In this document: in pieces, positions 1-10,569 of the stretch
Numbering within the stretch: the stretch's first letter is position 1
Layout: every line of letters begins with the position of its first letter
From: a virus
Strand: one strand, 5' to 3'
IMG/VR virus record: IMGVR_UViG_3300023174_003154
Coordinates: 1 to 64,000 of that record
Length of the DNA: 64,000 nucleotides
The notes under the pieces: generated by a model
The model's input: only the letters and a program-made list of their open reading frames with translations
Database searches by the model: none
Told to the model about the DNA's origin: nothing
Program-made: the position numbers and the translations under genes

Positions 1-3000
1 AAGCTAGGAGCAATTAACGATGCACTATTCTGAATGATACGTGTACCGTATGGAACAAGATTTCCTAAATCTCTAAAGTTATTTGATCCAAACGCTGATC
101 CAGTTAAGGTATTAATATTGTTACAAATACTCTTAAAATGACCACGAATATCACCTAAGTTAATTTGTGATAATTGTCCATTGAATGGATTGTGGTCAAA
201 GTTACTAGGGATTTGATAATACCCAGTTTTACTTACTTGGTCACTATAAATCAAAACCTCTACCGGTGACCCAATTGCAGGAGGAGTTAGCAATGTAATA
301 GTTGTTGTGTTAGTTCCCTTAACATATACATAATCTGTTATCCGTTGGTTATCCTCATAAACAAAAATAACTGGCCAATTTGTACTATCTGAACTATTAA
401 CTGATATGTCACATACAATGTCCCGACCCTCATATATCAAATTAAATACTTGATATTGAATACTAGGTTCAATAGCTGTTTGCCAGCCTATTAACCTTGT
501 ATACTCAATGCCAGATTGATAAGAGTGTACATACCCTTCACTTACGTTTTTAGTAAAAGAATTACCATCAAATGAGTAATTGAATGTTTGGCTATTAAGA
601 GTAATACTAAAAACAATATCACCGATATTAGTAATAGAACTATAGTTGATAGGGAAAGGTAAAACGGTATCTACACCACCGGAACCAAGGGAGTATTCAA
701 ATAACGTGCATCCATCAAAATCACTTGCAGGATAATATTCTGTATCACCAAAACTTATACCGTTGCTATCAAATATGTCAAACTTAGGTGCTTGATTAGT
801 GATACTTTTGAATTGGGCTTCTTTCCAAACAGAGCCATCAAAATAAAAACTATGCCCACGATAAGTTTCACCCTTTAGAATTATTACTTGGGTATTATAA
901 AATATATCCCCGTCAGACGCCTTAGTTAAAGTTATGACTGGTTTAGTTAATGATCCAGAAACATATGAATATGATGCAACAAAAACTTTATTTCTTACTT
1001 CAACATCAGTATCATTTGCAAATATAATTCTTGCACCATCAAACAAATCAGTGTTGTTGCCATCGGGATGAAAGACAGTTGTTCCTGCAACTTGTGAGAA
1101 TGCATTAGTAACACCAAAATTAATAAAATCAATAGGTTCTCTGCCAATCGAACCTGAATTGAATAATTTTAAGTTTGAGTAAAATTCTAAAATAGGTCTT
1201 TTAGCTCTTGCATTGATATCAGCAAAGGCGTTTAATACTAAAGCCGCATTAGAATTTTGTGCTAGAGTTTGATTTAGTACTTCAATGTGAAACCAACGAT
1301 TACTACGACTCCATGCATTTTTACTATTGCTATTTCTATTGATTGTTAAGTAATCAGGTGTAGTGGCAATCAGTGTTGCACCACCGTAAGGCCCTGTATC
1401 AAATGCAATGTTATCTAACGGAGAAGTTTCTACTTCACTGAATGGTTCCGGAATTATTTGTTGACTAACAGGTAGTAACACAATGCTAGTACCAACACCC
1501 TCAACGTAGTATGCATCTTTTAAATATTCTGCTGGAGTAATATTACCGAAGAATTTAACTTTTAATCCATTTGTAAATTTTACCCCTGTTGGGCTGGTAT
1601 ATGTTTTTTTACCTAATATGTCATTGACGTTAATACTCAAATCTGTTATCTTATCCACTAATACTATTTTTCCAACTTGAGTTGAGTTTTTTCCATCTTG
1701 ATAATACAATATGTCGGATCTAGCAGTTTGTATTGGTATGATTAAAATTTCACCATATGCATTTCTTACAAAACTACGTGAAAGATATGCGTTACCATAT
1801 TTTACGTTGATGGTTTGGTCGTTAGGGATAATAGTTGATTCTTTTAAGTAAACAACCGGGTTTGAAGAATCTCCAACAAGGGTGATAGTATAGAATTGAT
1901 TATTAGGTCTAGTTATAATACCTTCTTCCCAACCACCGTTGTTTAGAGTTGCTATTAGTGGTCCACTAACAGTTGTTGTTCCGTCAGTTAATGTAACATT
2001 TGAACCGTCGATAGCCTCACTGATAGTAAAAGTAGTAGGGCTAATAATTGTTCCAACATAATATACCTTATCTTTATCAATACTACCAAAAGCTACACCG
2101 GAAAATGTTATCACATTATTAGGGACAAGTTGACTAGTTGAACTTGTATGTAACACATAGGTTGATCCAGAATGGCTTACTTCCGTAATTTCAAGGTCAA
2201 TTGGTATTATATTTTCTGGGTTATCAGCATCAAATTCACCCCCGTCAAAGAAAGTTCCTCTGAATGCAGATACCCCCGGAGCCGTACCATAAAATAAAAC
2301 TGTTTTACCATCTAGTTCGGCTACACCATCAATGTCTTTAATTTCGCTTAATAGTTTGCCATGCAACTCATTAAATTTTCTAGTAGTTACTAAGTCTACA
2401 GGAATATTACCTGGATATAAATCGTAATCTTGTGCATTAGCTAAAGGAACATCAAATACTATTGTACCTGAACTAATACCATTATCAGTAACACCAAGTA
2501 CTTCTCTAGTTGTTACATTGTTTCTTAATCTTTCTACACCATCTACTCCTGGTTCTGTTTGTATCCAAAAGTTAGTTGCTTGTTCTACGTTAAATTTATA
2601 CTGTCCACCTCTAACTAAAGTAAGAGTTGGATTTTCTGTTTCTAGTTTAACTAGCTTAGAAGTAAATTTATATTCAATATTGTTTGAGGTTACATCATAT
2701 TCTGCATTTTTGTAGATTATGTCAGTTGATACAACAACTTCATCAGGTCCTTCAGGTAGCCAGTAGTACTGGCTATAGTTCATAACCTTATCTAGGTCAA
2801 CAAAACTATCCCAAGAATAAAATTCATTTGTAAATAGTTTATTGTGGTCAGTAGTAATACCGCCTTCTAAATTGATTGCATCAATCAATTCAGGATATGT
2901 AATTGCATCAATGGCAGTAGATGTTTCTGTTTTAGTAAAAATTACTGCAGGTTCAAGTTGGTAGTCTGCTCTTAATTTAGTAGGCTCAACTACATACGAA

Positions 3001-3167
3001 TCCGAGGCTCTTACTCCATAACCAAATTTACTACCTATAAATCCCTGAACTCTATCGAACTTTGGTGGCTGAACTAAATGGTCAAGCGTTGCTGCCAAAA
3101 ATTGTTCGTTAACGTCTGTTCTGAAAATTTCTGGTAAGAAATCTATTGTTCTAACTGTTGTCGCCAT
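1..3167 (-). CDS. Very large virion/baseplate structural protein (5' part; continues beyond left edge)
   Basis: Not in the ORF track because it runs off the window. ATG at 3167 (minus) reads MATTVRTIDFLPEIFRTDVNEQFLAATLDHLVQPPKFDRVQGFIGSKFGYG; the same frame at the left edge reads ...LVPYGTRIIQNSASLIAPS. Directly downstream of the gp6-like gene, where T4 has gp7 (positional inference only). Confidence 0.75.
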   Translation of the reverse strand, partial: MATTVRTIDFLPEIFRTDVNEQFLAATLDHLVQPPKFDRVQGFIGSKFGYGVRASDSYVVEPTKLRADYQLEPAVIFTKTETSTAIDAITYPELIDAINLEGGITTDHNKLFTNEFYSWDSFVDLDKVMNYSQYYWLPEGPDEVVVSTDIIYKNAEYDVTSNNIEYKFTSKLVKLETENPTLTLVRGGQYKFNVEQATNFWIQTEPGVDGVERLRNNVTTREVLGVTDNGISSGTIVFDVPLANAQDYDLYPGNIPVDLVTTRKFNELHGKLLSEIKDIDGVAELDGKTVLFYGTAPGVSAFRGTFFDGGEFDADNPENIIPIDLEITEVSHSGSTYVLHTSSTSQLVPNNVITFSGVAFGSIDKDKVYYVGTIISPTTFTISEAIDGSNVTLTDGTTTVSGPLIATLNNGGWEEGIITRPNNQFYTITLVGDSSNPVVYLKESTIIPNDQTINVKYGNAYLSRSFVRNAYGEILIIPIQTARSDILYYQDGKNSTQVGKIVLVDKITDLSINVNDILGKKTYTSPTGVKFTNGLKVKFFGNITPAEYLKDAYYVEGVGTSIVLLPVSQQIIPEPFSEVETSPLDNIAFDTGPYGGATLIATTPDYLTINRNSNSKNAWSRSNRWFHIEVLNQTLAQNSNAALVLNAFADINARAKRPILEFYSNLKLFNSGSIGREPIDFINFGVTNAFSQVAGTTVFHPDGNNTDLFDGARIIFANDTDVEVRNKVFVASYSYVSGSLTKPVITLTKASDGDIFYNTQVIILKGETYRGHSFYFDGSVWKEAQFKSITNQAPKFDIFDSNGISFGDTEYYPASDFDGCTLFEYSLGSGGVDTVLPFPINYSSITNIGDIVFSITLNSQTFNYSFDGNSFTKNVSEGYVHSYQSGIEYTRLIGWQTAIEPSIQYQVFNLIYEGRDIVCDISVNSSDSTNWPVIFVYEDNQRITDYVYVKGTNTTTITLLTPPAIGSPVEVLIYSDQVSKTGYYQIPSNFDHNPFNGQLSQINLGDIRGHFKSICNNINTLTGSAFGSNNFRDLGNLVPYGTRIIQNSASLIAPS

Positions 3168-3182
3168 TATGTTTACCTAAAT

Positions 3183-6100
3183 TTAACTTGTTTGTAACTC
3201 TGCTGGAGTTAACGCTGATATTACCATTATGTCTGTTGCCTGAGCCGCGTTTAAAAATATTTCGTATGGAGCACTATGTATCTCATATAAATCTCCAAAC
3301 GACATTGATGGATCTTTTGGAACTAAAACGATTGAATTGATTAAATCACCTATAATAGAATGAATATACGCACTTAATTCTGTAAAGTAGAATGTGTCAC
3401 CAAAGTTCCAATTAGTAATATCAAAATAAGTATTAATAACCGATAATACGGACGAGCGTATTTCACTGTCACTAGCAGTAGTTGAATTTGATTTGATTAC
3501 TTTAAGTGTTGCTCTTAACTTAGGATCAGCTTTAGATCCAAATAATGGTTTAAATTTAACGCTATTCAAAATAATACTGTCTGTTAACATTTTGTAATCA
3601 TTGATTTTACTATAAGCAAGATTCAATTCATTAATTGTTGGCGGTGTGGGTTCTGATAGTTTATTAGTTGTGTCTTTAATCCAATTTGAATATTGTGTAT
3701 AGTATGATTGTGTCACAACATACATATCAATAATGTTAGTAGTTGCAGGATCGATTCTAGTTGTATTAGGCGAGTTATGTCTATATTGGAAAGACAATCC
3801 TTGACGACCAGTCTTAGCAACATAAGTGTTAATTTGTACTAACTCAACAACGTTTTTAACTGTTTGACTAGAGGTTGATTTATAAAAAATATTTTCTTTG
3901 TATGCATAAAACAATTGACCAGGGGCATATTCATATCTTACTAATGCTATTTCTGCTCTAGTACCATAGTTATAGTTTACAACCCTGTCTTCAACTAACT
4001 GATATCTAGTCAACATATTACTATCTGTTATCAATTCAAAGAAAGCAAAATTTTGAGTATTAGTTGTGCCTGTTTTATACCCGGTAATATGATAGAAGAA
4101 ATCAGGATCCTTTACTAATCCAGAAACATTTGGATCAGTATTAGCTACTTCAACACTATAATCATCTACATATCCATCAGCTTCAACTAGTTGACCAACT
4201 ACACTTAGCTTAGTATCAGTTGGGAATGGATAGTTACTATCAGGATAACTGTTAACTTTTAAAATATTAATAAAATCTTGTAACAGTTTACCAGTTGCTG
4301 GATCATATATTACTTTGTTTTTAGTAAATGCAAATCTTACGCTTGATGAACTACCAAAGTAATAAGCAATAGACCTGTATGTAACCATATATTGATTATT
4401 ACCTAAACTTTGAAATTTTACAAAGTAAGCACTATCCGTATATGTACTGACACTCCAGCGAGTTTGATTTGCTAACAAACTATTATCAAAAACTAGACTA
4501 AAACTTTGACCTAGTGAAATTTGTGTGATACAATCTTTAACTGTATCATTGGGTAACATATTTGTAAATGATGGTATAACTGATACAAGAACCACACCTG
4601 TTTGTATTGGATTGTTTAATACGACTGGACCAAACCCATTAGCCAAATTACCCTCACCGTTATTATTACCATCACCTCTTACTGAACTTACAGTAGTCCA
4701 AATGTAGTAACTATCTACTGTGCTTGGTAAGCCCTCAACTAATTTGTTGTACTGATTAAAATAATATCCACTTGGTGCTTTAAGTTGCAAAAGGGCACCT
4801 TCTGTAACAAATCTTAGATTGCCGGTGACATAGACACCAATTGGGCAAGGGCCATCATTGTTGTAAAAATATCCAGTAGATTCCAACTCATTAAATGAAC
4901 TTTGATGCCATTGTACATTACCATCACCGGTGGTTGAATCAATCTTATATCTAGTATAATGTTGTGTGTAGTATTGAAGTGAACGATGATTGATTAGTTC
5001 CGCATTCAGTGTTTCTGTTAAAAACGCAACAACGTCATTGCTTGAGTTGGCAGTAAATGTTAGATAGCCGTCATTACTATCTAAGTATAATCCACCGTCA
5101 GCGGCAAAATCATTAGTGCTTGAATATTTTGCACTTGGGTCTAACAAGTCGAAACTTCTACTAACACCTACACTACTACGGTTAAGTGCTTTACTTTTGA
5201 TTATACTATGGTAAAGAGTAAAAGGAAAATTATTATAATCTTCTCCATTAACCATACGATTTTGTGAATAGTAACGTTGTGGTGCACGTTCCTTAATATC
5301 TTGTAATGTTTCTCTTGCTTGTGCGGTATTGACTGGTAAGGTTAGTTCTAATGAAATGTTTAATGTCTCAACACGACCAACACGACTAACATAATTAATT
5401 GAAATAGTAGTGCCTTGTAGTTCATCTGGGTTGATTGAATAAGTCAGTGCATTACCTGTTCTCACATATGCTCTAAAATTACCAATTGGAATTTCACCAA
5501 AGATGCCATCTCCAAATGTATAACTTACTTGGTCATTGAATCTAGATACTACACTGAATAGTTTCTTATCGGTAGTAAGCATTTGTGTGTTGTTGATATT
5601 TTTATAGATACTTTCAACTTGAGACCACTTAGTCAAGTCATTATTAGACTCAATTTTATACAACCAGGTATCGTCATTATTGATACCTTGAAGGTTAATA
5701 TCAATTAGTTGATTACTAATTTGTTCATTTATATTGAAATCGTATGTTTGCAAACTACCTTGTTTAAAATAGAAATAAAATCCAGTATTTGGACTTCCGT
5801 ATCCTAATCTGTCATTACGATACAATATATTAAATATCCCATTTGGTCCCGGTGGTACTTCGTATATATTTTCTTCATTCAAACTAGTCACGCTTACGCA
5901 TTCAAAATTCATTGCTGAACCATTGACTGTTGCATTAAAAGGGGCGGTTGGTAATACACCATTAGGGATTCGTATGCTATACTCATCAGTTTTAATACCA
6001 AGAATTTCTTGGCTATTACCTGGACGACCTATACGCTGTGCATCTATCAATGCGGCATTGATGATACTATTAAATTGTTCTTGCCAGTTTGGATTTGCAG

Positions 6101-6539
6101 GATCATTCCATAAAATAGTTAAGTTACTTAAGTTTAAACCAGTGACATCTTTCACCTGTTCTGTGGTTTGGACAGCAGTTACCTTTAAATAACCCTGACC
6201 AGTTAAATTTCTTTTTGGATTGTATCCAACTAGATTTGCAAGTTTGATGACACTATCACGGCGTTCTGCTGTGTCAATAAAGTTTTCACGGGTATTCAAA
6301 TCATCACGGAAAGCCAGTGCTTGACCCATGAAGGCCATTACATCCAATAATGCTACATATTCACTGGATTCAACATAGTCATTAAAGGTCTCAGGATAAC
6401 TTGTTTGTAGATAATCCACAAAGGATTTACGCAAGGTTTCATAGTCATAGCTTTGAAAATCTGCTTGACTATAAGTTTTGTAGATTGATTTCCAATCATT
6501 TACTCCAAAGATTGATGATTGTCGTGAACTTGTGGCCAT
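3183..6539 (-). CDS. Baseplate wedge subunit, T4 gp6-like
   Basis: N-terminal DFQSYDYETLRKSFVDYL...FNDYVESSE...LLDVMAF...RENFIDTAERRDSVIKLANLVGYNPKR, FGDGIFG, and ETLQDIKERAPQRYYSQNRMVNGEDY are gp6/baseplate-J motifs; next to a gp25-like gene. Confidence 0.85.
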   Translation of the reverse strand: MATSSRQSSIFGVNDWKSIYKTYSQADFQSYDYETLRKSFVDYLQTSYPETFNDYVESSEYVALLDVMAFMGQALAFRDDLNTRENFIDTAERRDSVIKLANLVGYNPKRNLTGQGYLKVTAVQTTEQVKDVTGLNLSNLTILWNDPANPNWQEQFNSIINAALIDAQRIGRPGNSQEILGIKTDEYSIRIPNGVLPTAPFNATVNGSAMNFECVSVTSLNEENIYEVPPGPNGIFNILYRNDRLGYGSPNTGFYFYFKQGSLQTYDFNINEQISNQLIDINLQGINNDDTWLYKIESNNDLTKWSQVESIYKNINNTQMLTTDKKLFSVVSRFNDQVSYTFGDGIFGEIPIGNFRAYVRTGNALTYSINPDELQGTTISINYVSRVGRVETLNISLELTLPVNTAQARETLQDIKERAPQRYYSQNRMVNGEDYNNFPFTLYHSIIKSKALNRSSVGVSRSFDLLDPSAKYSSTNDFAADGGLYLDSNDGYLTFTANSSNDVVAFLTETLNAELINHRSLQYYTQHYTRYKIDSTTGDGNVQWHQSSFNELESTGYFYNNDGPCPIGVYVTGNLRFVTEGALLQLKAPSGYYFNQYNKLVEGLPSTVDSYYIWTTVSSVRGDGNNNGEGNLANGFGPVVLNNPIQTGVVLVSVIPSFTNMLPNDTVKDCITQISLGQSFSLVFDNSLLANQTRWSVSTYTDSAYFVKFQSLGNNQYMVTYRSIAYYFGSSSSVRFAFTKNKVIYDPATGKLLQDFINILKVNSYPDSNYPFPTDTKLSVVGQLVEADGYVDDYSVEVANTDPNVSGLVKDPDFFYHITGYKTGTTNTQNFAFFELITDSNMLTRYQLVEDRVVNYNYGTRAEIALVRYEYAPGQLFYAYKENIFYKSTSSQTVKNVVELVQINTYVAKTGRQGLSFQYRHNSPNTTRIDPATTNIIDMYVVTQSYYTQYSNWIKDTTNKLSEPTPPTINELNLAYSKINDYKMLTDSIILNSVKFKPLFGSKADPKLRATLKVIKSNSTTASDSEIRSSVLSVINTYFDITNWNFGDTFYFTELSAYIHSIIGDLINSIVLVPKDPSMSFGDLYEIHSAPYEIFLNAAQATDIMVISALTPAELQTS

Positions 6540-6559
6540 ATAATTTAATCTCTTTTATA

Positions 6560-6567
6560 TATTTATC
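6560..6567 (-). promoter_or_regulatory. T4-type late promoter (GATAAATA) for the gp6-like gene
   Basis: Near match to T4 late consensus TATAAATA, ~20 nt upstream of the ATG; the motif recurs in most structural intergenic gaps. Confidence 0.6.
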
Positions 6568-6585
6568 ACACAAAAAAACACCATT

Positions 6586-7029
6586 TTAAGACATAGATGC
6601 TTTTTTTGTATTCTGGTCTAACATTATAGAAAGAGAGATAGGATTGTTAAAGGGCTTAATGTACATCTCTAGCTCTACCCTAATTCCATTTTCATATGGG
6701 GTAGCCTGAATAGAAGCTAGGGTAAGTCTAGGATCATACGATGCTATTCTGTTTATTTCTTTCTGTAATTCCATTTGTACGTCTAACGTATTTGGCTCGA
6801 ATACAAAACTCCACAATGTGGTCCCAAAGTCTGGTTTACCTGGCTTTTCACCTTGATTGATGTTGAATGCATTAATCAAATCTCGTATAACTAATTCTTC
6901 ATCTAACGTTCTAAATTTGTTTTTAGATTTTAGAGGGGGATTTATTGACGGTGAACCGTCAGGACTATAATTAAGTGCTTTTCTCACTTGTGCTGTGTGT
7001 AGTGTACTAAAACCTATATAAGTTGCCAT
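6586..7029 (-). CDS. Baseplate wedge subunit, gp25/GPW-like
   Basis: DLINAFNINQGEKPGKPDFGTTLWSFVFEP...YDPRL fits the gp25 GER-x-x-x-P-x-FG pattern; 147 aa. Confidence 0.85.
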   Translation of the reverse strand: MATYIGFSTLHTAQVRKALNYSPDGSPSINPPLKSKNKFRTLDEELVIRDLINAFNINQGEKPGKPDFGTTLWSFVFEPNTLDVQMELQKEINRIASYDPRLTLASIQATPYENGIRVELEMYIKPFNNPISLSIMLDQNTKKASMS

Positions 7030-7044
7030 AATTTTTCCTATCTT

Positions 7045-10000
7045 TTAAATACCTAGTGAGTTTTTAAATGTTGATCCAATGTTTTCTACTGCGGCTTGAC
7101 CTGATCCACCCTTTTGCATTCCCAATGCGGCTGTTAAATTTTGATTAACATCAGTGGGTGCTGACGGACTAGTTCCGGGGGCAGGGGGAGGATTACCGGT
7201 TGTATTTGCGTACATTTGACCTTTAATTTCATCTATTTTCTTAACACAATCTTGCCAAGCAGTTTGTGCCGCAATTGTTTCTGATGCGTCTGCACCTTTT
7301 TTAGTTTTAGCATCAAAATATTTCTTACGCAAATCCCATTGCAAATCTTCTTGTATTTTTAACTCTGCTTTTAATTTATCATATTCTTTAGCTTGTGCGG
7401 CTGTAGGCATCTTAAATGCACTAGCAGGAATAGCACCAAAACTTACTCCTGGTATTTTACTATCTCCTAGCAATGATGATGCCTGTGCAAGTTGCGGACC
7501 AAAGTCAAATGTATCTGACGCCACAGTTGGTAATTTAACTTCAGTAGAACCACTTACGCTATTAATTGCTCCAGCTAATTTTGCATTGTCTGCTGAACTT
7601 AATTCACTGGATGCAAGATTTTTTATACTATCGTTGCCACCTTGTAATTTATCTTTTAACGTACTCACACCACTATTAGAATTTTGTTTGATAGCACTGA
7701 TAGCACCAGTCAGCGGTGAAGCTCCTGGAATATTTGGCTTGCCTGGAATATTGAGCCCAGTTAATAATGAATTAGCGGATGATACATCTGTTCCCATAAC
7801 AGCTTTGGCATTGTCCCCTAAGTTGACCATATTAGATACCGATGACATTCCACCGGGCAATCCATCAATACCTCCGGCATCACTACCAAAAAGTTGTGTG
7901 CCTGCAACAGCAATTGCTGCCGGTCCTGCAGCCATTAATGTTTTAGGATCTGTTGTATTAGATAACGATCCTTTTAATTGAGTACCCACACCCTCTATTG
8001 TTGTTCTTAATGAACCACCTGCTTGAAGACCCAAGCCATTGGTTAAAGATGCATTCAAATCACCATTATTTTTCTTCATCTGTGCTAATTCTGCATCACT
8101 AAAGTTTCTAACATCTCTACCTGTAACAGGATCCTTAACAAATGCCGGTTTAAAGTTAGGATCATTTTGTGTCGCTACTGATGTTGCTGTTTCTTCTTTA
8201 ATTTTTTCTTCAGTAGCTTGTGCTTTTATAGCAGTTAAATTTTGTGGCACACCCGGAGCTAAAGGTTTGAATGCTTTGGTAATTGCGGCAAATGCACTTG
8301 CGGCTGCACTTTTTAACTTATCAGTCAATTGAACTGAACTCAATGGACCTGTTGTTTGGTCGGCCATTTGAGTTGCTTTATTACCACCGGCTACCAAGTC
8401 TTTAGCTTTAGCTGTGTCCGTTGCAGTTAACGTAGGGGGAGTAATACTTCTCCCAGCAGTAGCAAATGGATTTTGAACTGATACTCCTGCCGGTGCTTCT
8501 GGTAATGTAGTTCCGCTAACTGCTGACTTAACAAATGATGCTGTCTTGTCTACCCCAAGAGTTACTGCACTTAAAATCAAACCACCTGTTTGAGTTGGAC
8601 TTTCTTTTCCAGTGAGAACTCCACTACTTACTAATCCTGATTGTGCTTTGTCAATTGACTCAGATACTGCACTCAACTGTGCCGGTACATTATTAACTAA
8701 ATCATTTACTGAACCTACACCGTTCTTACCTGTAAAGAAATTTTTAGGTAGTGCTTCTGTTATAGATTTACCAGAAGTCACTGCGGCTGCAACTACCTGA
8801 GCAGTACCCGGTTTAATCATACCTTGACTTTCCATTTGTGCAGGTGTTATTCCCAATGGGCCTACAGCAAGTGATTTGGCTCCCTCTTCAGAAGTAATTG
8901 CGGCTCCGGAAGCAACAGCATCCTTTGCAGGTCCAGTTGATGCGTTGACTGCCACTTGAGATACCATTGCACCCTTTGAACTATTATCAATTGTACCTTT
9001 ATTTTGTACTGGTGGAACGGTAGCGGCAACTGCGGGTGTTGTTGAAGCCGATGGATTTGGACTGGCTGCATTATTTGCCGCTTGAACTGCAGGGCTAGGT
9101 GCTGCCGGAAGAGTAGCTGAAGCACTAGATGTAGTTTTTACATTTACACCTTGATTAGCACTTGCCCACGGGCTATGTGCAGGTGCTCGACTAGTAACAC
9201 TAAGTAATGTTGCAGGTGCAGCCGCATATCCTTTTTTATCATCAAACAGTGTATCAGTATGTGCGACTTTTGGTATGGCTTTAACATCTCCCGGTACAAG
9301 CGGACTAGATCCAGTATTCAATTTAATATTTGGTCCGCCATTAAGATAATTTGTACCGCCACTCTTAATACTACTATCACCTTTGCTTGCAAAACTCATG
9401 CCACCGTCAACTTTTACAGTATGATTGCCTTTAGTTTGTTGTGTGAATGTAGTTCCTGAAAACTGTGTTGTTTCCATTGAACTTTCCATTTTGATGTTTT
9501 CAGCAGAGATGTTTAAATCTTTTTTAGCGTTGATGTTGATATTATTATCTGCATGTAAATTCAAATCGCCTTGAGTTCTAATGTTAACACTGTTTGTAGA
9601 GTACATATCGATTGTACCCTCTTTACCCATCTCAATATAACTTTGTCCATTAGCATGAATTATGAATAATGATTGGATGGTGTCATTCATCATAATCATA
9701 TGACCTTGGGCAGTTCTCAATCTAAATAACTGGTCTTTACCCTGTAAGTCCCCGTCATCCATGACCAGTGAATGTCCACCAATACGTCCTACAACTTTGA
9801 AATTTTTATCAGGGATGTTAGGATCTTTTACTGCTTCAGCAATAGTTTTTTGTCCTGCACCACCATAACCACCTTCATATATTGCTCTTCCTGGAGTGCT
9901 TATTCCAAATACTTTACTTGGACTTTCACGACTACTGCTACTACTAATTGTTCCTCTATCAGGATCACGTATCAATCCTTGTTTGTTTAATATTGCCGCT

Positions 10001-10566
10001 TGAAAACTATGCACTGGTCTTGGTTGGTCAATAAGAACAGAATTGTTATCTTGGGCTTTATTAGCATTATTAATTTCACCAACTGGCAATCTTGTTGCAC
10101 CACCGTAGCTATCTGATTCTCCTGCATTTGCAATGATGTTATCACTAGATCCTATCGCAGGAACCATATGCATCAGTCCTATTTTTGGAATACTCCCGAT
10201 ATAATATGTACTATTGATATCTCCATTCATGCAAATACAAACTACTTCTGTATTTAAATCAGGAGGAGTAAACCACATTCCATAACTCTGCGGATTACCT
10301 TTAAAAGAACCGTTATTTGTCGGACTACTTGTATTAGGTGTTGTTCCAAAGAAAGGGCTAAGATATCGTGCAGGTGTCCAATTGTCTGGGTTATTTTCAT
10401 CTCCTGCATCTAATCGTTGCAAGTATACTTTTATCATACCTGATCGCTTGTCATCAATGTTATGTTTAACAATTCCAATAACTGCACTAGGTATAAGGGC
10501 GGCACCACCTCTATCATCTTTATAGTTCTTGGTAGTGCCTGAAGTTTTTACTATATTATCGCTCAT
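7045..10566 (-). CDS. Baseplate hub/central spike, gp5/VgrG-like, with long C-terminal extension
   Basis: OB-fold-type N-terminus (IGIVKHNIDDKRSGMIKVYL...SYGMWFTPPDLNTEVVC), GGHSLVMDDG...RLRTAQGHMIMMND, then beta-helix-like repeats (VNIRTQGDLNLHADNNININAKKDLNISA); upstream of gp25-like as in T4 relatives. Confidence 0.75.
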   Translation of the reverse strand: MSDNIVKTSGTTKNYKDDRGGAALIPSAVIGIVKHNIDDKRSGMIKVYLQRLDAGDENNPDNWTPARYLSPFFGTTPNTSSPTNNGSFKGNPQSYGMWFTPPDLNTEVVCICMNGDINSTYYIGSIPKIGLMHMVPAIGSSDNIIANAGESDSYGGATRLPVGEINNANKAQDNNSVLIDQPRPVHSFQAAILNKQGLIRDPDRGTISSSSSRESPSKVFGISTPGRAIYEGGYGGAGQKTIAEAVKDPNIPDKNFKVVGRIGGHSLVMDDGDLQGKDQLFRLRTAQGHMIMMNDTIQSLFIIHANGQSYIEMGKEGTIDMYSTNSVNIRTQGDLNLHADNNININAKKDLNISAENIKMESSMETTQFSGTTFTQQTKGNHTVKVDGGMSFASKGDSSIKSGGTNYLNGGPNIKLNTGSSPLVPGDVKAIPKVAHTDTLFDDKKGYAAAPATLLSVTSRAPAHSPWASANQGVNVKTTSSASATLPAAPSPAVQAANNAASPNPSASTTPAVAATVPPVQNKGTIDNSSKGAMVSQVAVNASTGPAKDAVASGAAITSEEGAKSLAVGPLGITPAQMESQGMIKPGTAQVVAAAVTSGKSITEALPKNFFTGKNGVGSVNDLVNNVPAQLSAVSESIDKAQSGLVSSGVLTGKESPTQTGGLILSAVTLGVDKTASFVKSAVSGTTLPEAPAGVSVQNPFATAGRSITPPTLTATDTAKAKDLVAGGNKATQMADQTTGPLSSVQLTDKLKSAAASAFAAITKAFKPLAPGVPQNLTAIKAQATEEKIKEETATSVATQNDPNFKPAFVKDPVTGRDVRNFSDAELAQMKKNNGDLNASLTNGLGLQAGGSLRTTIEGVGTQLKGSLSNTTDPKTLMAAGPAAIAVAGTQLFGSDAGGIDGLPGGMSSVSNMVNLGDNAKAVMGTDVSSANSLLTGLNIPGKPNIPGASPLTGAISAIKQNSNSGVSTLKDKLQGGNDSIKNLASSELSSADNAKLAGAINSVSGSTEVKLPTVASDTFDFGPQLAQASSLLGDSKIPGVSFGAIPASAFKMPTAAQAKEYDKLKAELKIQEDLQWDLRKKYFDAKTKKGADASETIAAQTAWQDCVKKIDEIKGQMYANTTGNPPPAPGTSPSAPTDVNQNLTAALGMQKGGSGQAAVENIGSTFKNSLGI

Positions 10567-10569
10567 AAT

